NCBI GenBank assembly: GCA_965243735.1
Contig: CBDEVZ010000008.1
Span: forward strand, 3,700,017-3,764,016
Origin: an uncultured Candidatus Binatia bacterium
GTDB taxonomy: Bacteria; Desulfobacterota; Binatia; Bin18
Length of the DNA: 64,000 bases
Reading direction: 5' to 3'
Below the pieces are notes generated by a model that was not told the origin of the DNA, did no database searches, and worked only from the letters and a program-made list of their open reading frames with translations. The position numbers and the translations under genes were made by a program. This document shows, piece after piece, positions 9,325-19,794 of the stretch; within the stretch, counting starts at the first letter, position 1; each line of letters starts with the position of its first letter.

Positions 9325-9430
9325 CAAGCGGAAATATGTCGTCCTTTGACACAGGGCTGTTGACACGTTTCCGCTTGCAAGAGGAAACGTGTCGTCCTTT
9401 GACACACAGCTGTTGACACGTTTCCTCTTG
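9325..9430. repeat. Two tandem 53-bp units, each bounded by 16-bp terminal inverted repeats (MITE/REP-like)
   Basis: Unit 1 (9325-9377): caagcggaaatatgtc-gtcctttgacacagggctgtt-gacacgtttccgcttg. Unit 2 (9378-9430): caagaggaaacgtgtc-gtcctttgacacacagctgtt-gacacgtttcctcttg. Confidence 0.85.
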
Positions 9431-9440
9431 TAGGTAGAGT
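9413..9440 (+). promoter_or_regulatory. Putative sigma70 promoter; -35 inside the repeat, -10 in the flank
   Basis: TTGACA (9413-9418), 16 nt, TAGAGT (9435-9440). The ATG starts at 9447 and no SD sequence is visible. Confidence 0.45.
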
Positions 9441-9446
9441 CCCGGC

Positions 9447-10277
9447 ATGATCGAATTTGCCCACAGCTTTTTGCTGATTTTTGCCCAACTGGCCTTCGGC
9501 GGACTGTTCGGTCTGAGTATCCCCGGCTTTCACGAGATTGAACGTGGATTTTTCAAGTCCACCGGCTGTGTCTACCTCGGCTGTGGCTGGGTCTTTTTTC
9601 TGGGCAAGACCTCTCTGGTCGTGTCCTCCCAAGCCGAGGCTGTGGTAGGCCTGCGTGGCTGGGAAATCGGTCTGTGGCTGATGTTCTGCTGCGGCTTCAG
9701 CGTGTATGTCGTCAGCCTGTGGGGCGAGGCCGTGGTGCTGCGCGCGCGAGCCTATCTGTTCGCCCTGGTGGCCGGACTGGTGGCTCTGGTAGTGAGCGCC
9801 AGCGCCTATTGCAGCGCGCCTTTTGTGTCGATTGAAACGCTCCTGTACCCGCTCAGCCTGCTGCTGTCGGCCCTGATGCTCGGGGCGGTGGCGACCGGCA
9901 TGTCGCTCGGCCACTGGTATTTGATTGAGCTTGACCTGTCGCTCGATCCGTTCAAACGCACCTTCAATTTTTACGCCGGCACATTGGTCGTCCACCTCGG
10001 GGTGCTGCTGGTCGCGGTCGGGCTGTTGGTGGTGGTCGGCCAGCCGGCCAGCGTGGCCCGGCTGGCCAGCCTGTGGACCGACCATCAGGCTCTGCTGTGG
10101 ATGCGGCTGGGCCTGGGCCCGCTGGCCTCCCTGCCGATTGCCTATATGATCTGGCGGACCCTGCAGATTCCCCAGACCATGGCGGCCACGGGCCTGTTTT
10201 ATGTGGCGATTCTGGCCGCGATTGTGGGGGAGTTTTTGGGGCGTTTTGTCCTGTTTCGGACGGCTCTGCCGCTGTAG
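9447..10277 (+). CDS. Polytopic membrane protein with GHWYL motif (unknown function, DmsC/NrfD-like topology)
   Basis: 276 aa with about 8 hydrophobic segments and a 'GMSLGHWYL' motif. Confidence 0.7.
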   Translation: MIEFAHSFLLIFAQLAFGGLFGLSIPGFHEIERGFFKSTGCVYLGCGWVFFLGKTSLVVSSQAEAVVGLRGWEIGLWLMFCCGFSVYVVSLWGEAVVLRARAYLFALVAGLVALVVSASAYCSAPFVSIETLLYPLSLLLSALMLGAVATGMSLGHWYLIELDLSLDPFKRTFNFYAGTLVVHLGVLLVAVGLLVVVGQPASVARLASLWTDHQALLWMRLGLGPLASLPIAYMIWRTLQIPQTMAATGLFYVAILAAIVGEFLGRFVLFRTALPL

Positions 10278-10280
10278 CGC

Positions 10281-10529
10281 CTACAGGTCGTAGACCTTAA
10301 TCACCGTCACCCGCAGACCGTGCGAGGTCCAGCCCACGTCAAAGCCGACCCGCATGCCCTCAAACAGGAAGCGCAGGTCGTGACGCGGCGCGCCGAGCAG
10401 CGTCACATAGGCGAACACAAACGAGAAGGTCTTGCCGGACCGGCTCCGAATCAGCCCGGTCTCATTGTTCCAGGAGATATTGTGGATAACGCCCTGATAG
10501 AAGCGATCAGAGGTGGTATCGTGTTCCAC
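10281..10529 (-). CDS. Small cold-shock-domain-like (OB-fold) protein
   Basis: 82 aa; 'GVIHNISWNNETGLI..SGKTFSF...LFEGMRVGFDV...GLRVTVIKV' follows CSD spacing. Starts 3 nt after the ilvB stop. Confidence 0.55.
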   Translation of the reverse strand: MEHDTTSDRFYQGVIHNISWNNETGLIRSRSGKTFSFVFAYVTLLGAPRHDLRFLFEGMRVGFDVGWTSHGLRVTVIKVYDL

Positions 10530-10532
10530 GGC

Positions 10533-12239
10533 TCAGGCGAACAGCATTTCGTGCATGGCGCTGCCGGCCGGGACCATGGGGAAGACCCCTTCGGCCGTGG
10601 GGATGACCGCGTCAACCAGAACCGGCCCGGGCTCGGCAAAGGCCGCCTGGAGGGTGGCCGACAGTTCGGCCGCGCGCTCGACCCGGAAGCCCTTGGCCCC
10701 ATAGGCCTCGGCGAGTTTGACGAAATCGGGCATGGCGTCCATGTAGGAGTGGGAGTAGCGCTCTTCGTAGAACTTCTCCTGCCACTGGCGGACCATGCCC
10801 AGGTAGTGGTTGTTCATGATCACGACCTTGACCGGCACCTGATACTGGACTGCGGTGGACAGTTCCTGGATGTTCATCTGAATACTGCCGTCGCCGCTGA
10901 TGACGACCACCTCGCGCTCGGGTGCGGCGAAATGCGCCCCAATGCCGGCCGGCAGGCCGTAGCCCATGGTGCCCAGGCCGCCAGAGGTGAGCCACGAGCG
11001 CGGATGTTTGAACGGCATCATCTGGGCCGTCCACATCTGGTGCTGGCCCACGTCGGTGACAATCACCGCCTCGCCGCGGGTCAGCTCGGCAAGGCCGTCA
11101 ATGAGCTGGCGCGGTTTGATCGTGCCGTCCGGGCTGTGTTTCTCGTAGGGCAGCGGTTTTTCCGCCTTCCAGTCCATGATCTGGCGATACCACTCGGCCC
11201 ACAGCCGTTGGCGGGGCGCCAGGCTCTCCTGGCTTTTGATCTTTTTGAGCATGGACCTGAGGACGGTCTTGATATCGCCCACGATCGGCACGTCAACCTT
11301 GATGTTCTTGCTGATCGACGACGGGTCGATATCAATATGGATGATGGTCTTGGCGTTGGGCGCAAAGTCCGCCACCCGACCCGTCACCCGGTCGTCAAAA
11401 CGGGCGCCAATGGCGATTAATACGTCACAGTGGTAGACGGCCATATTGGTCCAATAGCCGCCGTGCATGCCCAGCATGCCGAGGTGGAGCGGGTCGTCGG
11501 TCGGAATGGTGCCCAGGGCCATGACCGTCGGGGTGACCGGGATCTTGAGGCCGCGCACCAGCTCGGTGAGTTCCGGCGCCGCCCCGGACCACTGCACCCC
11601 ACCGCCCACATAAAACAGCGGGCGCTCGGCCTCCTCAATCGCGTGCAGCGCCTTTTCAATCTGGCGCTCGTTGCCCTTGAGGGTCGGCTTATAACCCCGG
11701 ATATCGACATGGTCGGGATACACGAACGGCGCCTCATCGGTCTGGACATCCTTGGGCAGATCGACCAGCACGGGTCCGGGACGGCCCGTGCCGGCAATAT
11801 AGAAGGCTTCTTTCATCACCCGGGCGATCTCTCTGACATCGCGGACCAGGTAGTTGTGTTTGGTGCACGGCCGGGTAATGCCGGTCACATCGGCCTCTTG
11901 AAACGCGTCATTGCCCAGCATAGCGCTCGATACCTGACCGGAGAGGACAACCATGGGGGTTGAGTCCATGTAGGCGTCGGCAATGCCGGTGACTGTATTG
12001 GTCGCCCCCGGACCGGACGTGACCAGGACCACGCCGGGCCGCCCGGATACCCGCGCATAGCCCTCGGCCATATGCGAGGCGCCCTGTTCGTGGCGGACCA
12101 GCACATGGCGCAGGTGGGGGTTCTGAATCAAGGCGTCATAGGTCGGCAGAATGGCGCCGCCGGGGTAGCCGAAGATGGTATCGACCCCCTCGGCCAGCAG
12201 ACTCTCAATCACGATTTGTGCACCGCTCAGCTTGTTCAT
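10533..12239 (-). CDS. ilvB: Acetolactate synthase, large (catalytic) subunit
   Basis: 'IFGYPGGAILP', 'VRHEQGASHMAEGYAR', ThDP-binding 'GDGSIQMN...NN..LGMVRQWQ'. Confidence 0.95.
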   Translation of the reverse strand: MNKLSGAQIVIESLLAEGVDTIFGYPGGAILPTYDALIQNPHLRHVLVRHEQGASHMAEGYARVSGRPGVVLVTSGPGATNTVTGIADAYMDSTPMVVLSGQVSSAMLGNDAFQEADVTGITRPCTKHNYLVRDVREIARVMKEAFYIAGTGRPGPVLVDLPKDVQTDEAPFVYPDHVDIRGYKPTLKGNERQIEKALHAIEEAERPLFYVGGGVQWSGAAPELTELVRGLKIPVTPTVMALGTIPTDDPLHLGMLGMHGGYWTNMAVYHCDVLIAIGARFDDRVTGRVADFAPNAKTIIHIDIDPSSISKNIKVDVPIVGDIKTVLRSMLKKIKSQESLAPRQRLWAEWYRQIMDWKAEKPLPYEKHSPDGTIKPRQLIDGLAELTRGEAVIVTDVGQHQMWTAQMMPFKHPRSWLTSGGLGTMGYGLPAGIGAHFAAPEREVVVISGDGSIQMNIQELSTAVQYQVPVKVVIMNNHYLGMVRQWQEKFYEERYSHSYMDAMPDFVKLAEAYGAKGFRVERAAELSATLQAAFAEPGPVLVDAVIPTAEGVFPMVPAGSAMHEMLFA

Positions 12240-12330
12240 GCCTGTACTCCGCGTCACGCGTTCGGTATTCCGGGAATCATATAAGCTGCGAATAAAAAAG
12301 GCAAGAAAGCCGTATTTTCTGAATTTTCTC

Positions 12331-12360
12331 TTGACACAAGCCGATTATATTCGTTATTTA
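12331..12360 (+). promoter_or_regulatory. Putative promoter of lrp-gltBD in the AT-rich divergent ilvB/lrp intergenic region
   Basis: Perfect TTGACA at 12331-12336 with an AT-rich -10 region (ttattta, 12354-12360). The 160-bp spacer is markedly AT-rich. Confidence 0.4.
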
Positions 12361-12400
12361 TTCGGCCTTACACTGAAAATTCCTTACAAAGAGAGAATGC

Positions 12401-12931
12401 ATGAGCCTCGACACCCTTGACCGGCATATTCTTTCCCTGCTCCAAGAAAATTGTAAGCTGTCCCTGAACAGGATTGGAGAGCGGATCGGGCTGTCCGCCC
12501 CCTCGGTGGTTGATCGGATCAGAAAGCTGGAAGAAAACGGCGTGATTCGGGGCTATACCGCAGTGCTCGACGCCCGCAAGCTGGGCAAGGATATTACTGC
12601 CTTTATCGGCGTCTCGATTCACCATCCCAGACTGATCCAGACCTTTGAGAAAGACATTGATCGCTTTGAGGAGGTCCAGGAGTGCCACCACGTCACCGGT
12701 GAGTACACCCTGCTGCTCAAGGTCAAAACCGATAATACCTCAGGGCTCGAAGAGTTGATCCGCCAAATTCGTTCCATCGACGGGGTTGACCGCACCGAGA
12801 CCTCGGTCGTGCTGTCAACGCATACCGAGGGGCTGTGGTTGAACCTCAAACAGGACGCCATGGTCGCCCAGCTCGACTCCAAAGATGAGTCCGAATCGGT
12901 CGTGCCTCTCCGCGCCAGAAGAGGAGCCTGA
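12401..12931 (+). CDS. Lrp/AsnC family transcriptional regulator
   Basis: N-terminal HTH '[50 protein letters not shown]' and RAM domain '[17 protein letters not shown]'. Confidence 0.92.
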   Translation: MSLDTLDRHILSLLQENCKLSLNRIGERIGLSAPSVVDRIRKLEENGVIRGYTAVLDARKLGKDITAFIGVSIHHPRLIQTFEKDIDRFEEVQECHHVTGEYTLLLKVKTDNTSGLEELIRQIRSIDGVDRTETSVVLSTHTEGLWLNLKQDAMVAQLDSKDESESVVPLRARRGA

Positions 12932-12933
12932 AC

Positions 12934-15900
12934 ATGTCACGCCACAATCATCGCCAGCCCATGAAGAGCGTATCATCCATGCCCGCCAAGCAGGGCTTGT
13001 ACGACCCGGCGTTTGAGCACGACGCCTGCGGTATCGGGTTTGTCGTCAACATCAAGGGCCACACCTCCCACCAACTCGTCGAGCAGGCTCTGACCGTCCT
13101 CGAGAACCTCGACCATCGCGGGGCGTGCGGGTGTGAGGAAAACACCGGCGACGGAGCCGGGGTGTTGATGCAGGTGCCGCACGGTTTTCTGCGAGCGGTG
13201 TGCGCCGACCTGCGGCTGCCCGGGCCGGGCCAGTATGGGGTGGGCATGATTTTTTTGCCGCCAGACGCCGAGCAACGCCGGGCCTGCGAGCAGCGCTTTG
13301 AGGCGGTCGTGCGGGCCGAGGGCCAAACCGTTCTGGGCTGGCGTGATGTGCCCACCGACGATAGCGAGCTGGGCAAGACGGCCAGGGCGTGCGAGCCGTT
13401 CATCCGCCAGATTTTTATCGGCCGCAGCGCCGACCTGTCGGACGACATGGCTTTTGAGCGCAAGCTGTACGTCATCCGGCGCCAGATCACCAACGCGATC
13501 CGCTACGGCGACGTACCGGGCGGGGAATTTTTCTATATTCCCAGCCTGTCGTGTAAGACTCTGATCTACAAAGGCATGCTGACCCCGCGCCAGGTGACCA
13601 GCTTCTACCCCGACCTGTCCGACTCCCGCATGGAAACGGCGATCTGTCTGGTCCACTCGCGTTTCAGCACCAACACCTTTCCCAGCTGGGAGCGCTCCCA
13701 CCCGTACCGCTACATCATCCACAACGGAGAAATTAATACCCTGCGCGGCAACGAGAACTGGATGCACGCCCGGCAGTCCATGCTGGCCACCGAGCTGTTT
13801 GGCGACGACCTGCCCAAGATTTTTCCGCTCATTCTGGAGGACGGCAGCGATTCGGCCAAATTTGACAACTGTCTGGAGTTTCTGGCCCTGAGCGGTCGTT
13901 CCCTGGCCCATGCGATGATGATGATGATCCCCGAACCGTGGGAAAACCATGACAGCATGGACCCGGCCAAGCGGGCCTTTTACGAATACCACAGCAGCCT
14001 GATGGAACCCTGGGACGGTCCGGCCTCGATTGCCTTTACCGACGGCCTGCGCGTCGGCGCCGTGCTCGACCGCAACGGGCTGCGGCCCTCACGCTACTAC
14101 GTCACCAAAGACGATCTGGTGATCATGGCCTCGGAGGTCGGCGTGCTGGAGGTCGAGCCCGAGCGGGTGCTGGAAAAGCGTCGCCTGCAACCGGGCCGGA
14201 TGTTCCTGGTTGATACCGAGCAGGGGCGTATCATCAGCGACGAAGAACTCAAGCAGCAGATTGCCGCCGAGCACGTCTACCAGGACTGGCTGGACGCCAA
14301 TCTGGTCCATTTCGAGGCTCTGCCGGATGTGGACGACCCCCAGCCAGCCTACGATCACGGGGCCAGCCTGCAACGCCTCCAGGCCTTTGGCTACAGTTTT
14401 GAGGATCTGCGCATCAACATCGGCCCCATGGCTGTCAACGGCATCCAGCCGGTCGGCTCGATGGGAACGGATACGCCGCTGGCCGTGTTATCCGATAAGC
14501 CCCAGCTGCTGTACAACTATTTCAAGCAGCTGTTCGCCCAGGTGACCAACCCGCCGATTGATCCGATTCGGGAAGAACTCATCACCTCAACGACCCTGAC
14601 CCTGGGATCGGAGGGCAATCTGGTCGAGCCCCAGCCGGCCAGCTGCCGGCAGCTGCGCCTGCCAAGCCCGATCCTGAGCAACGGCGAGCTGGAAAAGCTG
14701 CGCCGCCTCGACCAGGACGGCCTGCGCGTCACCAGCCTGCCGATTCTGTTCAAGGCCGGCAGTGGCAGAGCCGGGCTCGAACAGGCCCTGGAGGCGCTGT
14801 ACAAGGCTGCCGATGGGGCTATTGCCGATGGGGCGACGATTCTCATTCTGTCCGATAAGGGTGTGGATCGTGAGCACGCGCCCATCCCGGCCCTGCTGGC
14901 CTCGTCCGGTCTCCACCATCATCTCATCCGGGCCGGCACACGAACCCGGGTCGGCCTCGTCCTGGAGTCCGGCGAACCGCGCGAAGTCCACCACTTCTGC
15001 CTGCTGCTCGGCTACGGCATCCAGGCCTTTAATCCGTATATGGCCTACGAATGCCTGAACGACATGATTGGCCAGGGCATGCTCAAGGACATCAGCTATG
15101 ACAAGGCGGTCGCCGGGTATAAAAAAGCCGTGGTCAAAGGCGTAGTCAAGGTCATGTCAAAGATGGGCATTTCGACCATCAAGTCCTACTGCGGGGCGCA
15201 GATCTTTGAAGCCGTCGGTCTGGGCCAGGAGCTGATCGACCGCTACTTTACCTGGACCCCGTCTCGGGTGGGTGGGGTTGGTCTTGACGCTATTGCCGAG
15301 GAAGCCGAACGCCAACACGCCAAAGCCTTTCCCGATATTCCGGTCAACGGCCGCACCCTTGAGGTCCACGGCCAGTACCAGTACCGCAAAGACGGCGAAC
15401 TGCATCTGTTCAACCCACGCACGATTCATCTGCTGCAGAAAGCCTGTCGCACGAACGATTACGCCACCTTCAAACAGTACTCCGGCCTGATCGACGATCA
15501 GTCCGAACGGCTGGCCACCCTGCGCGGCCTGCTCGGCTTCAAATCCGCTCCCGCACCAATTCCGATTGACGAGGTTGAGCCGGTTGAGGCCATTACCAAA
15601 CGGTTCAAAACCGGGGCCATGTCCTACGGCTCAATCAGCAAGGAAGCCCACGAAGCCCTGGCCATCGCCATGAACCGGATCGGTGGCAAGAGCAACACCG
15701 GCGAAGGCGGAGAAGACCCGGCGCGCTACGTCCCGGACCCCAACGGCGACTCGCGCAACAGCGCCATCAAACAGGTGGCGTCGGGCCGCTTTGGCGTCAC
15801 CAGCTATTATCTGACCCAGGCCAAGGAACTCCAGATCAAGATGGCCCAGGGTGCAAAACCGGGCGAGGGCGGCGAGTTGCCGGGCCGCAAGGTCTACCCC

Positions 15901-17556
15901 TGGATTGCCAAAGTCCGGCTGTCCACACCCGGCGTGGGGCTCATCTCGCCGCCGCCCCACCACGATATCTATTCGATTGAGGATCTGGCCCAGTTGATCC
16001 ACGATCTCAAGAACTCCAACCACTATGCCCGGATCTGCGTCAAGCTTGTCTCCGAAGTCGGGGTCGGCACAATTGCCGCCGGGGTGGCCAAGGGCCACGC
16101 CGATGTAGTGTTGATCAGCGGCCATGACGGCGGCACCGGCGCCTCGCCCCAGACCAGTATCAAACACGCTGGCCTGCCCTGGGAGCTGGGCGTGGCCGAG
16201 ACCCATCAGACCCTGGTCCTGAACGACCTGCGCAGCCGCATTGTGGTCGAAACCGACGGCCAGCTCAAAACCGGCCGTGACGTGGTGGTGGCGGCCCTGC
16301 TGGGTGCGGAGGAGTACGGCTTTGCGACCACCGCCCTGGTCACCCTGGGCTGCATCATGATGCGGGTCTGCCACCTCGACACCTGCCCGGTTGGCGTGGC
16401 CACCCAAAACCCGGTACTGCGTAAAAAATTCATGGGCGACCCGGGCTATGCGGTGAACTTCATGCGCTTCATCGCCCAGGAGATGCGCGAACTCATGGCC
16501 CAGCTCGGCTTTCGCACCGTCAACGAGATGATCGGCCGCACCGACCGGCTCGAGGTCAGACGCGCGGTTGAGCACTGGAAGGCCCAGGGTCTGGACTACA
16601 CCGACATTCTGTACCAGCCCCAGCTCGGCCCGGAGATCGGACGCTACTGTCAGATCGACCAGAACCACGGCCTGGAGAAAGCGCTCGACAACACCACCCT
16701 GCTCGAACTGGCAAAACCGGCTCTCGAACGGCGCGAACAAGTCCGCCACACGCTGCCGATCAGAAATACCGACCGGGTGGCGGGCACGATTCTGGGCAGC
16801 GAGCTGACGCGGCGGTTTGGTCCCGAGGGTCTGCCCGAAGATACGGTCCACTTCCATTTGCAGGGCTCGGCGGGCCAGAGCTTTGGGGCTTTTGTGCCAC
16901 CCGGCATGACCCTGGAGTTGGAGGGTGACGCCAACGACTACTTCGGCAAGGGCTTGTCTGGGGGAAAAATCATCACCTATCCGCCCCACGGCTCAAGCTT
17001 TATCCCCGAAGACAACATCATCATCGGCAACGTGGCCTTCTATGGCGCGACTAACGGCGAAGCCTATATCCGAGGCATGGCCGGCGAGCGTTTCTGCGTC
17101 CGTAACAGCGGTGTGCGGGCCGTTGTCGAGGGCGTCGGCGACCACGGCTGCGAGTACATGACCGGCGGCCTGGTCGTGGTCCTGGGCAAGACCGGCCGCA
17201 ACTTCGGGGCCGGCATGTCGGGCGGTGTCGCCTACATCTATGACGCGGCTGGAGATTTTCGGGATCGCTGCAACCCGGAGACCGTCTCCCTCCAAGTCCC
17301 CACCGCCGAGGACCTGGACGAGATCGAAGCCATGCTGCGACGCCACGCCAGCTACACCCACAGCGAACAAGCCCTCCAGGTGCTGGCGACCTGGACCACC
17401 AGCGCGTCCCGCTTCGTGAAAGTCATGCCCAACGACTACCAGCGCATGCTCGAAGCCATACAGCGGGCCGAGCAGGCCGGGCTGACCGGTGAGGACGCGG
17501 TGATGGCCGCCTTTGAGGCCAACAAGAACGACGCCGCCCGGGTGAGCGGCAATTAG
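12934..17556 (+). CDS. gltB: Glutamate synthase large subunit
   Basis: 'HDACGIGF' (mature N-terminal Cys), 'HSRFSTNT', 'HNGEINT', '[13 protein letters not shown]', [3Fe-4S] motif '[14 protein letters not shown]'. Confidence 0.97.
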   Translation: MSRHNHRQPMKSVSSMPAKQGLYDPAFEHDACGIGFVVNIKGHTSHQLVEQALTVLENLDHRGACGCEENTGDGAGVLMQVPHGFLRAVCADLRLPGPGQYGVGMIFLPPDAEQRRACEQRFEAVVRAEGQTVLGWRDVPTDDSELGKTARACEPFIRQIFIGRSADLSDDMAFERKLYVIRRQITNAIRYGDVPGGEFFYIPSLSCKTLIYKGMLTPRQVTSFYPDLSDSRMETAICLVHSRFSTNTFPSWERSHPYRYIIHNGEINTLRGNENWMHARQSMLATELFGDDLPKIFPLILEDGSDSAKFDNCLEFLALSGRSLAHAMMMMIPEPWENHDSMDPAKRAFYEYHSSLMEPWDGPASIAFTDGLRVGAVLDRNGLRPSRYYVTKDDLVIMASEVGVLEVEPERVLEKRRLQPGRMFLVDTEQGRIISDEELKQQIAAEHVYQDWLDANLVHFEALPDVDDPQPAYDHGASLQRLQAFGYSFEDLRINIGPMAVNGIQPVGSMGTDTPLAVLSDKPQLLYNYFKQLFAQVTNPPIDPIREELITSTTLTLGSEGNLVEPQPASCRQLRLPSPILSNGELEKLRRLDQDGLRVTSLPILFKAGSGRAGLEQALEALYKAADGAIADGATILILSDKGVDREHAPIPALLASSGLHHHLIRAGTRTRVGLVLESGEPREVHHFCLLLGYGIQAFNPYMAYECLNDMIGQGMLKDISYDKAVAGYKKAVVKGVVKVMSKMGISTIKSYCGAQIFEAVGLGQELIDRYFTWTPSRVGGVGLDAIAEEAERQHAKAFPDIPVNGRTLEVHGQYQYRKDGELHLFNPRTIHLLQKACRTNDYATFKQYSGLIDDQSERLATLRGLLGFKSAPAPIPIDEVEPVEAITKRFKTGAMSYGSISKEAHEALAIAMNRIGGKSNTGEGGEDPARYVPDPNGDSRNSAIKQVASGRFGVTSYYLTQAKELQIKMAQGAKPGEGGELPGRKVYPWIAKVRLSTPGVGLISPPPHHDIYSIEDLAQLIHDLKNSNHYARICVKLVSEVGVGTIAAGVAKGHADVVLISGHDGGTGASPQTSIKHAGLPWELGVAETHQTLVLNDLRSRIVVETDGQLKTGRDVVVAALLGAEEYGFATTALVTLGCIMMRVCHLDTCPVGVATQNPVLRKKFMGDPGYAVNFMRFIAQEMRELMAQLGFRTVNEMIGRTDRLEVRRAVEHWKAQGLDYTDILYQPQLGPEIGRYCQIDQNHGLEKALDNTTLLELAKPALERREQVRHTLPIRNTDRVAGTILGSELTRRFGPEGLPEDTVHFHLQGSAGQSFGAFVPPGMTLELEGDANDYFGKGLSGGKIITYPPHGSSFIPEDNIIIGNVAFYGATNGEAYIRGMAGERFCVRNSGVRAVVEGVGDHGCEYMTGGLVVVLGKTGRNFGAGMSGGVAYIYDAAGDFRDRCNPETVSLQVPTAEDLDEIEAMLRRHASYTHSEQALQVLATWTTSASRFVKVMPNDYQRMLEAIQRAEQAGLTGEDAVMAAFEANKNDAARVSGN

Positions 17557-17601
17557 GGGCACGGGCAGCACGATTCCCTGCTGAAGGAGTAGACCAGCGA
17601 C

Positions 17602-19086
17602 ATGGGTAAGCCAACCGGATTTATGGAATTTCAGCGCCAGTTGCCGGCCGACCGTTCTCCCCTGGAACGGATCGACGACTGGCACGAGTTTCACGACCAC
17701 CTGTCCGTGGACACGCTCCAGGAACAGGGCGGGCGCTGCATGGACTGCGGCATTCCCTTCTGCCACACCGGAACCCTGATCAGCGGCATGGCCTCGGGCT
17801 GTCCGCTCAACAACCTGATCCCCGAGTGGAACGATCTGGTCTACCGCGGCCTGTGGAAAGAAGCGCTGGAGCGCCTGCATAAGACGAATAATTTTCCGGA
17901 GTTCACCGGCCGGGTGTGTCCGGCGCCGTGCGAGGGTTCGTGCGTGCTGGGTATCACCAATCCGCCGGTCACGATCAAAAACATCGAGTGTTCGATTGTT
18001 GACCGGGGCTTTGCCGAGGGCTGGGTCGTGGCCGAGCCGCCGGAAAAACGCAGCGGCAAAAAAGTGGCCGTGATCGGCTCCGGGCCGGCCGGACTGGCGT
18101 GTGCGGCTCAGCTCAACCGGGCCGGTCATTGGGTGACCGTCTATGAGCGGGCTGACCGGATCGGCGGCCTGCTGATGTACGGCATCCCCAATATGAAGCT
18201 GGACAAGAACTTGGTCCAGCGTCGGGTCGATCAGCTGGCCGAGGAAGGGGTGCGGTTCGTCACCAATACCGCCGTCGGCACGGATGTGCCGGCCAGCCAG
18301 CTGCATGAGGAGTTCGACGCTCTGGTCCTGTGCTGCGGCGCGACCAAGCCCCGCAATTTTCCGATTGAGGGCCGTGACCTCGCGGGGATTCACTTTGCCA
18401 TGGAGTTTCTGCACGCCAACACCAAGAGCCTGCTCGACTCCCAGCACGCCGACGGCGCCTACATCTCGGCCACCGACAAGCACGTGATTGTCATTGGCGG
18501 CGGCGATACCGGCACCGACTGCGTCGGCACCTCCATGCGCCACAAATGCAAAAGCCTGACCCAGTTTGAAATTCTGCCCCGTCCACCGGATGAACGCCAA
18601 GACAATAACCCGTGGCCGGAATGGCCCCGCATCTTCCGCGTCGATTACGGCCAGGAAGAAGCCCAGGCGCGGTTTGGCGCCGACCCGCGGGTGTTCCTGA
18701 TCCAGACCGAAAAGTTTGTCGGCGACGAAAACGGACGGGTCAAGGAACTCCACACCGTTGAGGTCGAGTGGGCCAAGAACGAAAACGGCGCCTTCATTCC
18801 CAAGAACATTCCGGGCACCGAAAAGGTCTGGCCGGCCGACCTGGTGCTCCTGGCTATGGGCTTTTTGGGGCCGGAAGACCCCATCCTGGAAGAGCTGGGC
18901 GTGGAGCGCGATGGACGCTCAAACGTGAACGCCGAGTACGGCAAATACGCCACCAGCGTCGAGGGCGTGTTTGCCGCCGGCGACGCGCGACGCGGCCAGA
19001 GTCTGGTCGTGTGGGCCCTCCACGAAGGCCGGAGCGCCGCACGGGAGTGTGACCGCTACCTGATGGGCCGCACCGACTTGCCCTGA
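17602..19086 (+). CDS. gltD: Glutamate synthase small subunit
   Basis: '[10 protein letters not shown]...GCP', '[12 protein letters not shown]', 'IGSGPAG', '[10 protein letters not shown]', '[16 protein letters not shown]'. Confidence 0.96.
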   Translation: MGKPTGFMEFQRQLPADRSPLERIDDWHEFHDHLSVDTLQEQGGRCMDCGIPFCHTGTLISGMASGCPLNNLIPEWNDLVYRGLWKEALERLHKTNNFPEFTGRVCPAPCEGSCVLGITNPPVTIKNIECSIVDRGFAEGWVVAEPPEKRSGKKVAVIGSGPAGLACAAQLNRAGHWVTVYERADRIGGLLMYGIPNMKLDKNLVQRRVDQLAEEGVRFVTNTAVGTDVPASQLHEEFDALVLCCGATKPRNFPIEGRDLAGIHFAMEFLHANTKSLLDSQHADGAYISATDKHVIVIGGGDTGTDCVGTSMRHKCKSLTQFEILPRPPDERQDNNPWPEWPRIFRVDYGQEEAQARFGADPRVFLIQTEKFVGDENGRVKELHTVEVEWAKNENGAFIPKNIPGTEKVWPADLVLLAMGFLGPEDPILEELGVERDGRSNVNAEYGKYATSVEGVFAAGDARRGQSLVVWALHEGRSAARECDRYLMGRTDLP

Positions 19087-19157
19087 GCCGTCCCCTTGAG
19101 TCGCCGCAGCGCATCGCGTACAAAAAAGAAAGTCTCGACCTACGAGGATGGAAGATC

Positions 19158-19412
19158 ATGAAGACAGTCACCGTATACACCACCCTGTTCTGTCCCTACT
19201 GTACAGCGGCCAAATCTCTGCTGACCAAAAAAGGCGTGCCGTTTGAAGAGATCGACGCGACCGGCAATCCAGACCTGCGCCAAGACATCATGGAACGGTC
19301 CGGGCAGCACACGGTTCCTCAGATTTTTATTGGCGAACAGTCGGTCGGCGGCTTTTCCGAGCTGAACGAGCTGGAGATGTGCGGGGAGCTTGACGAGCTG
19401 TTGGCGGACTGA
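19158..19412 (+). CDS. grxC: Glutaredoxin 3
   Basis: CPYC active site, 'TVPQIFI', 'GGFSEL'. Confidence 0.9.
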   Translation: MKTVTVYTTLFCPYCTAAKSLLTKKGVPFEEIDATGNPDLRQDIMERSGQHTVPQIFIGEQSVGGFSELNELEMCGELDELLAD

Positions 19413-19440
19413 AGACAGGCGTGAAAAAGGAGGAAGCGCG

Positions 19441-19749
19441 ATGGCACTGTATCTCGACGAGGTGTGGCTGAAAGACCCGAGTCCGGAACGGATGAAGGAA
19501 TTCACCAGGCTCATTGGCGCCGCAGCCAAAAGCCCGGCCTCGATTGGCGCGCCCCAAGAGGTCCGCTTTGCCGGTGGCCCGTGGTTCTCGAACGAAGAGC
19601 CCAAGGTCATCTTTCTGGTCGATATTCCCGACCACACCCCGACCTTTCAGATATTCGGCAAGATCGTCTCAAGCGGTCTGGTCGAAAAGCGCCGCCTGAC
19701 CCCGATTGTGGAATGGGGTGAGGTGGAGAAGATGGTCGAACAGCTTTAG
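19441..19749 (+). CDS. Small hypothetical protein, possibly DUF3303/GYD-like dimeric alpha/beta barrel
   Basis: GGAGG upstream of the ATG at 19441; 102 aa ending 'LTPIVEW'. Confidence 0.55.
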   Translation: MALYLDEVWLKDPSPERMKEFTRLIGAAAKSPASIGAPQEVRFAGGPWFSNEEPKVIFLVDIPDHTPTFQIFGKIVSSGLVEKRRLTPIVEWGEVEKMVEQL

Positions 19750-19794
19750 CCGAAGGTCCCGCGCAGGCGTACGGATCAGCCACACTGGGAGAGT

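Noticed and set aside
9325-9430. CRISPR mini-array
   Set aside because: Only two contiguous units, the 21-nt inner segments are nearly identical rather than unique spacers, and no cas genes are present.
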